The notes: generated by a model not told the origin, from the sequence alone. 64,000 nucleotides of DNA from Leucoraja erinacea (GCF_028641065.1 NC_073410.1:310001-374000); one strand, 5' to 3'. Positions 13,150 through 27,785 are shown, numbered from the stretch's first letter. Translations and numbers: made by a program.

Positions 13150-14937
13150 TCTCCTGGCAGCCTTGCCTTTACATTGGCACTTTTAGAGATCTAGTGCAGA
13201 GTGGAACCACATGCAGAACACCAAGATGTAATGGAATGTGACCTTTTCACCTGATTCCCTCACAAGCTGCATTCAGATTCCAGTCGGGGCAGGCAGCATC
13301 TCAGGAGAGAAGGAATGGGCGATGTTTCGGGTTGCGACCCTCTTGATCCCATTCCTTCTCTCCAGAAATATGTTGGTCCCACTGAGTTACTCCAGCATTT
13401 TGTGTCGACCTTCGATTTAAACCAGCATCTACAGTTCTCCCCTACATGTTCAGTTTGAAATATTTGATCCAGTAAACCCTTGCTTCACTGACTTGACCGA
13501 TGGCCTCTCCGGCCACAAAACAGACCGAGAGACAGAGGACAAAATAGACATTTGCATATTTTCCAAATGATAATTTTGGCAGCTTAAATTTAACAAGAGA
13601 TACAGAGGCATACTCTCAATAAATACTTGAAATATCATCAGTAATCAACTTCTGGGTTTACATGTAATTTAGATGAGATCACTGCATATTATTTTGTTCA
13701 TTCCTTGCTTGGAGAAATTGGTGCAAATGCGGGGCCCCTTCTGGATGATATTTTTGGATGCTATTAAAGTATCAGCCCTCAAATAATAAAATATGGTAGA
13801 ATTGGCACAATGTACAACTTGGAGAAGTATTACCTGACACCATATCACAAATCTGTGATAATGCAAGAATGAATACTGACAAATCTCTTTCCTTTTTGTC
13901 CAACTGAACAAAATATACTAACTGTGATCGTCAGAAACAGGCTATTCAGCCCAACTTTTCCATGCTGGCCAAGATGCTCTATCTAAGCTAGTCTCATTTG
14001 CCTGCATTTGGCCCATATCCCTCTAAACCTTTCCTATCCATGAAGCTAAAGCAATGTCTTTTAAATGTGATTTATATTCACCTCTACTACTTCCTCTGGT
14101 AGCTCGTTCCATATCCGCACCACCCTCTGGAAAAACCTACCCCTTAGGTTCCCTTTAAATATTTCCCCTCACATTTTAAATCCATGCCCTCTAGTTTTAG
14201 ACTTCCCTATTCTGAAAAAAAACCAATTGTGAGCATCCAGCTTATCTACACCCCTCTGTAGAATCACCATCTTTGCTCAGGGAAGAGAGACTCAGCCTAT
14301 TCTGTCTCTCGTCATAACTGAAACCCTTCAGCCTCGTGGATCATTTTCTGCATCCTCTCCAAGTTAATCACATCTTTCCTATAGTTTGGCGACCAGAAAT
14401 GCCCACAGTGTCCAGGTGCTGTCTCACTAACCTCCTAGATTGTGCTTTGATCAGTGGTGTTATTTAAAAATGAATAATCTCTTTGGCAAAATGTGATGTT
14501 TAGAATATAATCCAAGCACAGTAATTATTATCATAAAGTGTCTTGGTTAAAAATAATATTCTCTTTTTACCCTTTATTTGCAAACACATTGATTTATTAG
14601 TCGGATTTGGTCATTGGGCAAAGATAGCCTACATGACCTTACCTGAGAATCCAGCCTTCCAAGAATGGAAGGTAGATCATAGATAGGTGAATCCTGTTCT
14701 AACTCAAGTCCTGATCTTCAATCGTAGAAGCCACTGATAATTGCCAGGAGGCAGACATGCCTCTGACGGTCGTTTTATTGTTTCCTGAGCAAAGTGGTCA
14801 AATAACCGAGTCTCTAAATTGATAACTAAAGTAATCCAATTTTTTATAACATATCAAGAGTTCTAAATCCCACCCTCCAGCCTTCTGGCTACTCCTCCTT
14901 TTCCCTTTCTTGTCCCCACCCACCCCCACCCCCGATC

Positions 14938-14972
14938 AGTCTGAAGAAGGGTTTCGGCCCGAAACGTTGCCT
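14938..14972 (+). ncRNA. Minimal type-I hammerhead-ribozyme-like motif in a Penelope terminal-repeat fragment (14869-15033)
   Basis: CTGAAGA-A-GGGT(TTCG)GCCC-GAAA-C-GTT; catalytic activity not demonstrated. Confidence 0.6.
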
Positions 14973-15393
14973 ATTTCCTTCGCTCCATAGATGCTGCTGC
15001 ACCCGCTGAGTTTCTCCAGCTTTTCTGTGTAACCTAAATGGGGACTCCTGACTTGATTTGATTCAACCTTAATTAATGATCCTCATTTAGCTTCAGTTGG
15101 AGTTTAATTTAATGAGCGTTTCGTTAAACCCTTCCTCCAGTAAGTCAATTTGCTTATCTACTTCTGTGCAAATGACATTTCAAAAAGAAATTCTGTGTGA
15201 AGCATAACATATCAATTAAGATTTGCATTTATTTGAGCAGAAACCTCTGATACAGCAAAGATCATTCTTGTTATCTCTACGTTATGTTTTATTTAACGAT
15301 ACACTAACATGAACTGTAGATATTCTAATCGCCGATGTTATTCAACTGGGTAGCAGTGAGCACTTAAAACAAGTTTCTTTTTTTCTTGCCCAG

Positions 15394-17789
15394 ATAAAGC
15401 AAATACTGATATCTCTTCAAAAGAGAACACTGAGGAAAACTCTGTTGATTCTGAGCCTTTAGCAAGAGTTGTGAAACGCAAAAAAGGCTGGCCAAAAGGA
15501 GTGAAGCGAGGTCCAGCTAAATGGAAACGTAAAGCTGAGAGTAAAGCTGGCTTTAAACTCAACCTGTACACACCACCAGAAACTCCCCAGGTGCCAGAAC
15601 AACATGGCACCGCAGAGGAGAATCCCATGGTCCCTGAACAGAACGCTGTTGCTGAGAAACCTGCTGACAAAGCCTCTTCAATAACAGAGGAAGATGAACT
15701 TGAAAATGAGCAAAAGCCAGAATCCCCAGCAAAGTCTACCTGCTCGTCAAGTCAGGAGCAGGAACCTCTGGATGAAACGGCTGAAAAAGAACATGAGTTT
15801 GCTGGTGGGGTTCCTGAAGATGAAGCTCATAATCTTGAACAAGAGGAAGATGAGGAGGAGGAGGAGGCTAATCGGAATGAGGATCATGATGCAGATGATG
15901 AAGATGACAGTCACATGGAGTGTGCTGGAGCAGTGAAAGAAACTCCAGAGGAAGAAGCATCGAACCAGGAGCCGTTCCTCGAGTTAAATGTTCCAAGCAA
16001 TGAAACCCAGCAGAAAGATAAGATAGATCGAAATGTTGAAACTCTTTCGGATTCTGATGATCAGAACAATAATCATGAAGCTATCTCAGAACACACACCA
16101 GATTCAGATGAAGATCACACCAACAACCAGGATTACAAGGATAATGGAAAGCAGTCCCCAGAATTCCGAGAAGAAAGTATAAATGCAGAACCTGACACGG
16201 AGACGGTGCAAGCTGTTCAATCATTAACACAGGAAAATGGTGAGCAAGTAAATACATACCAAGACTGTGCCGAGACTATGGAGGCCTGTAGGAATCTGCA
16301 AACCTACTCTCATACGGAGCAGAGTCCACAAGTAACCATAGTGGATGACAGCCAGCAGTCAGATCACAACAGTCCTCTTTCATCTGCTCATTCCAATCCT
16401 AGCCAGTCAGTTTGTTCTGTAAACAGCCCTAGTGTGCCTCCCATGGAGAATAGTTATAATCAGATCAGCCCTGATCAGAGTGGTATTTCTGCACCACCTT
16501 TACAGAACATAGAAACCAGCCCAATAATGGATGTTCCCTCAGTGTCTGACCATTCACAACAAGTTGTGGACAGTGGCTTCAGTGACCTGGGCAGCATTGA
16601 GAGCACAACTGAAAACTACGAGAATCCAAGCAGCTATGACTCATCCATGGGAAACAGCATTTGTGGCAACAACACAACACAGAATAGTTGCTCCTACAGT
16701 AACATATCTTCCAGTAGCCTTACTCAGAATAGTTGTGCAGTCACTCAGCAGATGACTAACATCAATGGCAGTTGTAGTTTACTGCAGCAACATACTATCA
16801 ATTCTCCACCAACCTGCACTGTTAAATCTCCGCAGAATTGTATAATTGAGAGATCTCCAAGTAGCAATCAACAGCAGCAACTGTCACAATGTGGCATGCC
16901 CACCAGCTTCACACAAGCGATACAAATGGCAGACGTTGCAGAAACTGGCAGCTCAGCCATCAGCATCTATGAAAGAATGGGCCAGGGTGATTTTGTAACC
17001 GGGGCCTATCCACAGCCATCTGCTAACTTCAGCCTGGCTAAACTACAGCAGCTCACCAATACTATCATGGACCATCCGTTGCCTTATAACCATTCAGCTG
17101 CTGTGACTTCCTATGCAACTAGTGTCTCCCTGTCCACCCCACACTCCGGCCTTGTGCAGATTCCGCAGTCACCTCATTCCTTATCTGGGGGAGCGCAAGC
17201 ACAACCTACAATGACTCCCCCACCTAATCTCACCCCGCCACCAATGAATCTGGCATCACCGCTTCTACAGCGCGCCATGGGAGGCCCAAACATTGGAATC
17301 CCTCATACCCAAAGATTGCCAACACAAATGTCAACAAAAGGCCACGTTGCCATTCGCTCCAAGTCAGTGCCCATCCCACCTGCCACTGCCCACCAGCAAC
17401 AGATCTACAGCCGGGCCACATCAGCTGTGGCCATGCAGCCAGCAGCACGATCTCTGAGCATGCAGCGGAGTGTCAACATGGGCCTAATGTCAGCACCACC
17501 ATACAACGTCAACTCCATGAACATGAACGCGTTGAACGCGATGAATGGATACAGGATGACTCAGTCCATGATGAACAGTGGCTATCATGGGAATCCAGCC
17601 TACATGAATCAAACCACACAGTACCCCATGCAGATGCAAATGAGCATGATGGGAAGTCAGCCATACAGCCAACAATCCATGCAAAATGCACCACATGGCA
17701 ACATGATGTACACAGGGCCAGCTCACTACACTCACATGAACACTGGCATGACTAAACAGCCGTTGAACGGCTCCTATATGAGGAGGTAG
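15394..17789 (+). CDS. KAT6B: KAT6B last coding exon (acidic region and Ser/Met-rich activation domain)
   Basis: [59 protein letters not shown]-terminus LNGSYMRR*; polypyrimidine tract and CAG at 15391-15393, in frame with the 772-aa ORF. Confidence 0.97.
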
Positions 17790-19061
17790 ATTTGGCCAAG
17801 GTAAGATCACAAAAGGAAGATCTGCAGAGCTGGAAGCAAACCGAAAATACAAATAACTGGGTGGAAGATGGTGGACTCTAAAGACCAGCTGTTCAGCTGA
17901 ACTGTCATGCTGAAGTAATTATTAATGGCACTTTGTGTTCACTCTAGTCACAGACGGAAGCCTTATTTATTTTTTGTCTAGTTGGGTGGGAGTTGTTTTC
18001 ATCTCTGCATATTCGTATTTTTCCTTTGTGTTTGGCTCGGACAGACTACATCTTCAAAAGAAGAATGGAAACGGAAGCGTACACCATTATCAGACACGTT
18101 CAATGTGCCTGGTTACCTTTGGAGAGAATTCAGCCAGTCATACGTGAAGAAGATACAAGCCCAAGTAGGAGACAACTTGACTACACATGGAGCTGAAGAT
18201 AGGAAATCCTTGTTCTTTACACTTCTGGTATACAGTACAAGTATAGTTGATTTTTGTGAAGCTGATGACATTATTCAGCATGCAACAGAAAATCATTGGA
18301 ACAATTTGTTTGTGACAGTGTGTCCTTTCGTAAAACAGGAATGTGTTGTGTTTTACAGCAAGCCATTTGTTATTTTTCGCCTTTATTAGGTTTTACTAGC
18401 TTTGAAGTAAAATGAAAACTATATTTTTGTTAATTCTGAGACTGTAAAAAATGTAAAAGCTAAACCTTGAGTTCATTTGGCAGTTTTGCAAAAATGTTTA
18501 GTGTATAATTGAAACATTTTTTATACCTAATTTCTTTCCTTCAGTGAGGCAGCTTTCTGTTTTTTAAATGATTGCAAAGTATTCTGTTTGACAAATGAAC
18601 ACATAAATTCTGTTAACAACATATCTGAATACTTGTACATGTCAGCTTCAGATAAAGCAAAGCTTTTTCACTAATAGTATCGATCAGCGACAAACCCATT
18701 GTCTAAGTAACTGTTCAGAGATATGTTGGTCTAATGATGAACATCTTCAACTATCCATTGGCATTCCATCAGTAGATTTTTCTATCAATAGAGAATATTG
18801 AAGTTCTATTTTAAAACAAATCTTAGATCTGTAGTGTATGAATAGACCAACATACGCTTCCAAAACGCATGTAAAAAGCAAAAGTCTTTGTGTCTGTTTA
18901 TATTGCTTTTTGTAGCCTTTGTACTTGTACATGGTGACTGTAATGACTGAGAGGAAAAAGATGGATACATGTATAAAAATAGGACGCAGACAAGTGAGAC
19001 GCACTTGTATTTATCGGTTATCCTAGCCAGTCACTTCAAAGGATGCTGTACATTTTAACGG

Positions 19062-19067
19062 AATAAA
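19062..19067 (+). promoter_or_regulatory. Candidate KAT6B polyadenylation signal
   Basis: AATAAA at the end of ~1.3 kb of repeat-free AT-rich 3' UTR containing several TGTA motifs. Confidence 0.6.
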
Positions 19068-19317
19068 TTATGTTGACCCATTTCCAGACTTCCTGTGCTG
19101 TAAAGTTTCAGAATATGTTGGTGAAATCTTTGGAAATGTATTGATAGATTACGTGGATTAACAATTACTATGCGTCCAATCTTGCTCCTATTTATATAAA
19201 TACACCCTATGGCAAAACAAGCTCAGTGCTAAAATAGGACTGAAGGCAGGAATGAAAAGTAACTAGTTTAGAGCAGTGCCATAGGGCGAGACTTCTGCAA
19301 AGAGCAAAGAGAGCACT

Positions 19318-19402
19318 AAGGTACACAAAAAAGCTGGAGAAACTGTTTCTCCAGCTTTTTTGTGTACCTTCGATTCTCCAGCATCTGCAGTTCCTTCTTA
19401 AA
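19318..19402. mobile_element. Collapsed palindromic Penelope-derived short element (perfect 26-bp hairpin)
   Basis: Arms 19318-19343 and 19345-19370 are exact reverse complements; flanked by CAAAGAGA(G/A)CA(C/T)TAA direct repeats. Confidence 0.8.
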
Positions 19403-20441
19403 CAAAGAGAACATTAAACTTGATTTTAAGGGAGTGTTTTGGAAACAACAAAAAAATGCTGCAATTGACAATGAAATAAGAGAGGGAAATGCAAATTGGT
19501 GTCTAGAAGGGAGATTACGGAGTGCAGTATTTTTGAGGCATATGAAGGCATCCTGCTGTGAGAAGGTCCAGGATGCTGAAAGCATAAAGTATGGGCTCCA
19601 GAATTCTGAATGACTTGCATTCTTGCCGAAAGTGAAGGCAGAGGTTCTGACTTGGGAACTTTGAGAATTCTGTAGCAGTTAGTCATACAGTTTTGGTAAT
19701 GTAGCTGTCTCAGTGATTTAAAATCTCATGTGTGGAGCTGATAGTTCCAAGAATTCTTCTTTCTGATGAAGAAACTGGTGGTGTAGATTCTATTGGAAGA
19801 GATGGCGTTGCATTTAGATCAAGGAAACTTTCAGTTCAAGCATTTGTTGCTATAGAACAAAGATTGATCTAATGAAATGGGAGGCTTTGTGTACATATGG
19901 TGTATTATGAGCTCAGTCAGCTGTACAACACGTTATCGAGGCAGCAAAGATTAGCAGACTGTTTCCCTGTACCAGTATATTTCCTGATTGTTTGGAATAT
20001 ACTCCTCCACAGAGTATTGTAAATACTCAACTATAAATCGAACATTCCTGGATGTTTTTTCCACAGTTGAACTCATTCACCTTCTCGATTCAAGCCATCA
20101 GAAAATGGGACTTGACTATCTGATTCCACCTCCCATCTTGTGCTCAACGACCAAGGAGGGTTCACCACTTTGAACGCTGTTTCAGCTGCTTTTAAAATAG
20201 CAGCATTCTTCCTTCACATTCCTTTTAGGCATTGTAACCCATATCCTTTCTGACTGAGATCTCCCTTGAATCTTCTTGCTCCACAAAATCCTCACAGTAA
20301 GCAAGGAATGTTTGCTTGTTGCGGGTGAGTCGTCTCCATTCCATGACGATGCCTCAGGAGAACGTTAGGCAGAGTCAATGTATACATTAATTATCTCCCA
20401 AAATACCTTGGCCTCTTGGACAACAGATTAGAAGGAAAAAA

Positions 20442-20745
20442 GGTGGTGCAGCTGATAGACTTGCTGCCTCACAGCGCCAGAGACCCAGTTTTGATCCAGA
20501 CCATGGGTGCCTCCTGTGTGGAGTTTGCACGTTCTCCCTGTGACCACATGGGTTTTCTCCGGGTGTTCCGGTTTCCTCCCATATCTCTGAGACATGACTT
20601 TAATTGGCCCTCTGTAAATTGCCCTTGGTGTGTAAGGAAGGATGAGAAAGTGAGATAACGTAAAACTAGTTGGAGTGGACGGACGTTGGTCGGCATGGAC
20701 TCAGTGGGCCAAAGGGCCTATTCCATGCTGTATCTCTAAACGAAA
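20442..20745 (+). mobile_element. tRNA-derived V-SINE (HE1-like)
   Basis: GGTGGTGCAGC...A/B-box-like head, TGTGTGGAGTTTGCACGTTCTCCC core, GGGCC...GGGCCT..TCCATGCTGTATCTCTAAA tail. Confidence 0.85.
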
Positions 20746-22474
20746 CAAAAAAAGTTAACAGCATAATTTTTAAAAGTGAGCGAATTAATAAATAGGAGCA
20801 ATATAACTATTCCGCCTGATTTTTTTTGTTACTTAATTGCCGGAATTCATCATGATGTTAGATTATCATCATACTTAGAAAATCATAGTAGATCAGACAG
20901 TCAGTGACATTTTACAAAGATATATTGGTGTTTTTGAAGACTTGCATGGGGCACAAGTCTGATCCCCCTATGGAAGGAGGGATGTCCAGCACTTGAGGTT
21001 CACCAGATAGGTTCCTAGACGATATAAGGAGAAGCTAACCAGACCAGCCTGTACTCTCTTGAGCTTAAATAATGAGAGGATTGAAACGTGCATTGGCAGA
21101 CAGATGCAAAGATGACCTCTCCGTTGACTTCAATCAGGCGACAACAAGCAGATCATATATTGATCTTCACTGCAAACTAACTGAAGGACAAAGAAAAATA
21201 AGTCTTGTTGCACTCCTACACGATTGGATGAGATCTTGTTTGAATTGTACTGTTTTGGTCTCTCTTTACATAAAGAAGGAAGAATGTATTTGTCTTGGTG
21301 TTAATGCTGTATAGATTTACTTGGTTGAATCAAGGGGAAAGGCAATGGCGAATCAGAAGACACTAGGGAAGACCTGCCTGAGATCAAACCGAGACCTGCA
21401 CGACTCTGAGAAGTATCGACACAGTGAGTACTGAACGGGGCAATTGGGAATAAACAATTTCAGTATAAGGATAAGGAGTCAGCCATTTGGGCTGAGATGA
21501 GAAGAAATGTCTGAATTAGGTTTGTCAATTGTTGAAATTTGCTACTTGGACGGACTATGAGAGCTCAGTTGTTTGTATTCAACTGGAGACTGAAATTATT
21601 TTGGACTCGGAGAAACCAGAAGATCCAGGGATCAGGCAGCGACATGGACAAGATTGTCTCCATCAGCCGGGACCAGAGCTCACTCACCTTCTGCTCTGGC
21701 TCCTCTGCTGTTATGTGGAAATAGCAGGAATATCCAAAATTACTCCATTTAGTTGATCAGATGAGTTTATTTTACTGCATGTATAATATGTTAATTTTAT
21801 CAGCTCACTCTTTTACAGCTACCGCGACTATTCCCGGTCATAACCCAGCTTCCTCTCTACTCCTGACTATAGACATTAACATGTTGGAAAAGGGATAGAC
21901 TTCCTACCGGATGTGGTGAGTGCTGTCTCTTGGACACGAGCTAAACCTTATAACTTGTTCTATATTTAGCAAAGGAATTATAATGAAGGGAAAAATATTT
22001 TCCCCATCCTATAGCCCATTCCAGGAACCTAATGTATTGACTGCATGATTCTTGTCTACCTTGGAACTCTGAATCTAAAGCAGGGTACGTGCGAGTGTGG
22101 CTGGCAGTCGAGAGCTTTATGGATTACATTTACGTGCACATTAATAGGTTGTTGATTCTATTATGAACTTCAGTGTAAGTTTGCAAGCAATATTTCACCA
22201 CAAGCCAGAAGATTCAAAGGTACATAAAACGAAAAGTGCTGAAATGTCAGCGGGTCAGGCAGCATCTCTAGTACATGGATAGGTGATGTTTAGGGTCAGG
22301 ACCCTTCTTCAGAGGTACAGATGAGCCCGAATACTGGCACTTTATTGGTGAGTGGTGCAGCAGCAAAATAACTGCTTTGGCTTTTGATACTCGATCACAC
22401 AATGTCATTGCGTAAAGTTTGTGTAAGAGTTGGGAAATTATAAATCTTGCTGCCACAGATGACACAGAGGCACT

Positions 22475-22742
22475 GTGGTAGGGTGGCTGCCTTACAGCAT
22501 CAGAGACCCAGGTTCAATCCCGACTATGGGTGCTGTCTGTATGGAGTTTGCACGTTCTCCCTATGACTGTGTGGGGTTGCTCCGGTTTTCTGCCACATTC
22601 TAAATATGGACGGGTTTGTAGGTATATTGGCCTCTGTAAATTGTCCCTAGTGTGTAGGATTGTGCTAGTGTACAGGGTGACCGATGGTCGGAGGGACTTG
22701 GTGGGCCAAAGGGCCTGTTTCCATGCTGTATCCCTAAAGTTT
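22475..22742 (+). mobile_element. V-SINE (HE1-like)
   Basis: Same head, core and tail as 20442-20745. Confidence 0.85.
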
Positions 22743-23380
22743 AAAGATGAGGCAACTTTACCAGTTTTCAGTATTGGTGCTCTATCTATCATTGCCATAC
22801 ACTGCAGTCTCTGTCCCAGGATTGAGAGAGCTCCATCCTCAGAGACGTTGCCAGGTAGGGAAGGCTGAGATGCTGACGATAGCTCATGACTTTATTGAGA
22901 ATGGAATCAGTTCCAAGCAAGATTAGTCCAAAGCTAACCTTTCGAGATTATTTTAATATGTGGTCATTAGTGTTTTGTAACTATAGATGGGGAGCAACTA
23001 GAACAAGTGTGTGTGTGTTTTTTTTAATGTTTATTCTGTTCCTGGCAATGGGCTTTGATACTAGATACACTTTTTCTATATAACATTTTAATAATTTGTA
23101 AGTGAGGGCAAATAAATATCATTCATTTACAAATTCTTAAAAGTTCAATTTCACAATTGTTCTTTTTATTAATTGCACTTCTGTTGTATAATCCCAATTT
23201 TAAAGATTTTAAATAATTTGGGATTAGTGCTCATGTCTGTTTGGAACTTCAAACTACAATTGCTAGTTCAGTGGATGTTAGTTGTTCTTATTGGGGTTGT
23301 TTTTATAATGCCAGTAATTCCATGTGTAAAATTGTGTGCATCTCAGACCCATGCCATTGGTCATACCAGGGTCTTCTCCA

Positions 23381-23386
23381 TTTATT
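23381..23386 (-). promoter_or_regulatory. Candidate DUSP29 polyadenylation signal
   Basis: AATAAA on the minus strand ~90 nt after the stop; an alternative lies at ~23165. Confidence 0.5.
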
Positions 23387-23477
23387 AAAGCTTTCTTACT
23401 TATCAGATAATATATTTACAGCTCAATGTACTTTTCCATATAAAAAGAATGCTATTGTCTGTATGGTGAAAGCAGTG

Positions 23478-23722
23478 CTAACAGATTTCTTTCTCCTCTG
23501 CATTTATGCTGATGTTATTCTTTGCCACACATCTCTCCATTATCAACTGGATATCAAGTGCTCTCAGCTGCTGTAGGAAGCCACGGTTTGGTAAGATGCA
23601 CCGATGCTTCAGTACTTCTTCAACTGCATCCACCACCGTCAGGTTCTTGTAGATCATCAGGTACGCCAGCACCAAGGAGGCAGATCGGCTCCGGCCTCTT
23701 GCACAGTGCACAAAGACTTTAG
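23478..23722 (-). CDS. DUSP29: DUSP29 (DUPD1) coding exon 3, catalytic CX5R loop
   Basis: [23 protein letters not shown]...[18 protein letters not shown]; TTCCTGTGCAG acceptor; TAG stop. Confidence 0.93.
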
Positions 23723-23849
23723 CTGCACAGGAAAAAGAACAGCTTTTATTCAAAGGAACAATTGTTTCAAACGAGGAAAGGATTTCTGCAGCATCTGAGC
23801 TAGGAATTGTACACCGATTAAAAATCATGTCAACCACAAATAACTTTGA

Positions 23850-24140
23850 ATGTATGTAGAGAGCATACTGACTGGTTGCATGGTGGGCTGATTCGGTAAT
23901 TCCAATGACCAGGCATAAAGGAGGTTACAGAAAATGATAGATAATGCCAAGTCTATCGTGGATACTGACGTTCCACCCATCAAAGGGATCTACAGCAAGC
24001 ATCGCCTCAAGATGATGATCAAAGACACACACCACCCCGGCCACTGCTACCTGAACATCAATCTGGGAACTGGCACCACCTGGTTCATGAAAAGCTTCTT
24101 CTCAGTAACCATCAGGCTGTTGAACACTGCTCAACACTAA
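23850..24140 (+). mobile_element. Degenerate Rex/Babar LINE ORF 3' fragment
   Basis: ESILTGC...IKDTHHPGH...SFFSVTIRLLN resembles the C-terminus of the copy at 46394-46633. Confidence 0.65.
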
Positions 24141-26845
24141 CCCCAGCCCTCCCGCAGTAACAAAGATAACAGACCCTGCACTAGTAAGTCTGCTCGACAT
24201 ACTATGGTGTTTGCACCATTACAGAATAACTGATGACATATATATTTACAGGTGATGCTGCATTGTAAAGCTGCCGCAAGTCTTCATGTCCGGTGCATAT
24301 GACAAATAATCACTTGTGAATGTGGAAGCCTGCAATTTAAGCTGCAAGATGATCAGATCGGTATCTCTGAACAATCAGCGTGCAACTGCTGGTGTAGTCT
24401 CGTGTCACAGTGCAGCCATGTATATGAGCCCACTGCCCCAGAGCACCACTGTATCAGACAGCTGGTGCAACATGTAGCAGCAGACCTGCCCGTCAGGTGG
24501 AGCACAGGTTAGTTTGAAGCAGAAATATTGAACTGGTTACGATGAAAGTTTGTGGATTGGAAGCAGTAACTGTCTCCACAATCTACCAGCTGCTGCCAAC
24601 AGTTTCCGTTTAGAATTCAGATTTTCAACATTTGTGCAATTTGATTTTGTTTCAATATACAAAATTACTTCCTGGCAAAAACAGCATTCAGTGAAATGTT
24701 GTACAAACTATTGTCTAAGATGCAAGATAGCAAAGAGCTGGACTGATATAAACAGACCGGCTTCAATAGTAATTAATAACATGTGCCGGATAACAACCAT
24801 ATGGTGAATTTATTTAAACATGAACACCCAATTAGAGTTGAGTTTAGAGTGGAATCTGGGCCAAAACACGACACAAAAATGAACACCACGGTGAATCAGA
24901 GCAGAATAGGATCCAGGGAAATGTATAAGATATTACTGCTTGACGTTCATCATCAGTGGGACAGCTGCTCTTGTAACAGGAAATCAAAGGCTGTTGAAAT
25001 GTCAGTGATGCACTCGGTAATTTACTGGTGCTATTAATAATCAGGTTCTACTGTATCTGACTCAAAATAAATGCCATCGTTTGCGCTAATGTGCCAACAG
25101 AACTCAGCTCTAGGGTGGTATTATTTTCCACTGAACCCTGATGGCTATTAATAGGTTGCATAACTGAATCTGATCCACACATCAGATACTTCAATGTACA
25201 TCAGATACACCTGCCGATTAATATCAGACATTGAATGAAGATGAACTTGACCATGAGAATGTAGCCATTAGGCTGGAGACCAAGGCAGTTACTGGTTTAA
25301 CATGCATAATAAACAGGATGGATTGAGTTTGAGAGTCACAGAGTGGTACTGGCTCTTGGGCCCAACACTCTTCTGCCGACCAAGATGTCTATCCAAGCTA
25401 GTTCCGTTTGCCCCATATCGCTCATAAAACTTTCCTACCCATGTTGCTGTCCAAATGACTTTAAAGCATTATAATTCTACCTGCGTTACTACCTCCTCTG
25501 GCATATTGTTCCACATACCCACCACTCTCGTGAAAAACTTCCCACTCGGGGCTCTTTTAAATCTCTAGTCTTGTCCTCGACTCTCCTACGCTGCACCTCA
25601 TTATTTTATATACCTCTATAAAGTCACCCCTCAGCCTCCTATACTCTGGGGGTTACAGCCAATACAGCTTCTTGCGTATGGCGTGCACAGCCTAAAGTTG
25701 TAGGACAACTTGTTCTATTTGATCTTAATTGATTGATTGCATTTGTCAAAACAGGGCAGACCACATGAAGGTTGCAATCTCCCGCCCCAGCCGATCCAGC
25801 CTCTCCTTATGAATGTAACCTACTAGGCCCGGTAGCATCCTTGTGAATCTCACCTTGTGTTAAATTTTTAGTTTGTTTTGTGTGTTCTTTATTATTGTAT
25901 CGCTGCTGGCAAATTCATTTCATTTGCACTTTATGTGCAATGTGACGAATAAAACTAATTGTATTGCTGTTTCTCCAGCTTATTGACATCCATCCTGTAG
26001 CTGGGCAACCAGGACTGCATTCCGTGAGGTCTCACCAATGAATTTTACAGCTGTAACATAACATCCCAACTTCTGTCCTCAATTCTCTGACTAATTAAGG
26101 CGAATGTGCCAAATGATTTCTTCACCATCTGTCCACCTGTGTTGCCACATTCAGGGAAGTAGGTACATGTAGTACTAGGTCTCTTTAGCCACAGCCCTGC
26201 CATTCACTGAGTATGTCTTGCCCTGGTTTAACTTACTAAAATACAACACTTTGTTAGTTAAACTCGACTTGCCATTCCTCACTTCCACTTTCCTCAAGAA
26301 CCTGTTGCAAATGTAGATGCCCTTCTTCACCAATTTTGGTGTCATCTACAATATTACTAACCATATTAACAACATTGTCATCCAAATAAGATGAGAAACC
26401 ACAAGGAGCCAGCACCGGCCCCTGAAGGTCACAGGCCTCTAATAACAACCCAGCACCATCATCCTCTGCCTCCTTCCATCAAGGCCAATTCTGTGTCCAC
26501 ATGGATAGCTCACCCCAGATCCCTTGTGATCTAAACCTTCCAGGCTCACCGACATGCAGGATCTTGTCAAAGGTTTAGTTAAAGTCAATTAGGCAGAGTT
26601 TAAAATCACGTCCAGGAAAACTGCTGAACCAGGTATTTATACCTTGTAAAACAATCCTAAATATGAGATAATTCAACATAATGTCTGGCCTGTTGTCCCG
26701 GTGGCACCCTTTCAAAGACCAGATAGGTGATGTGAAGTATAATTTTTTCAGAGTACAATGCATTGTGTTGTAATATGTTCATTAATTCTCTGCCAGCATC
26801 ACCTGGTATGGAGCTCAAAAACCAAACTGTGGCCGAGGATGTCCA

Positions 26846-27780
26846 GTGTCACTCAACAGCGATAAGACAGAATTCCTCCTCATAGGCTCCAAAGCCACAC
26901 TCAGCAAAATCAATAACCCCACTCTCACCATCGACGGCACCACTGTCTCCCCATCTCCCCAGGCCCGCAACCTTGGCGTGATCTTTGATTCCACCCTCTC
27001 CCTTGAGCCTCACATCCGCCATGTCATTAAAACCTCCTTCTTTCATCTCCGCAACATCGTCAGACCCTCTCTCACACCGCCTGCTGCTGAAAGACTCATC
27101 CATGCCTTAATCTCCTCCCGACTGGACTATTGCAACTCACTTCTCCTTGGCATCAGCTCCACCTACATCAACCGACTCCAACTGGTCCAGAACGCAGCCG
27201 CCCGACTCATCACCCACACCAAATCCTGGCATCACATCACTCCAGTCCTCCAAACAACTTCACTGGCTTCCCATCTCCCACCGAATCACCTACAAAATCC
27301 TGGTCCTCACCTACAAAGCCCTCCACCATCTGGCCTCCCCGTATCTCACTGACCTCCTCTCCCCCTACCAACCCTCACGTCCCTCAGATCCACATCAGCC
27401 GGTCTCCTCTCCATCCACAAATCCAACCTCCGCAGTTTCGGGGACAGAGCCTTCTCCAGGGCAGCTCCCAGGCTCTGGAACTCCCTCCCCCAACTGATCC
27501 GCAATTCCGTGTCCCTCACCATCTTCCAGTCCCGCCTCAAGACCCATCTCTTCACCTCTGCCTATCCTTAGCCCCACGTCCCCCTCCCTTTTCATCTGTG
27601 CATTAATTGCCTCATATTGTGTTTTGAATTGAATTCTGTCTTTACTTTGTGTACTAGTCATATCTCTACTATTTATTTCATTCCCCTTACATGTTTTTCC
27701 TCTACCTGCTAAATATTTGTAAGGTGTCCTTGAGACTCTTGAAAGGCGCCCATAAATAAAATGTATTATTATTATTATTA
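26846..27780 (+). mobile_element. 5'-truncated L2-clade LINE (post-RT region, 3' UTR, (TTA)n tail)
   Basis: LNSDKTEFLLIG...RNLGVIFDS...SRLDYCNSLL...LHWLPI..RITYKIL...GDRAFS.AAPRLWNSLP across frameshifts; AATAAA then (ATT)n. Confidence 0.88.
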
Positions 27781-27785
27781 CTTAC

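Noticed and set aside
17935-18389. ORFs downstream of the KAT6B stop
   Set aside because: Lie in the 3' UTR with no recognisable homology
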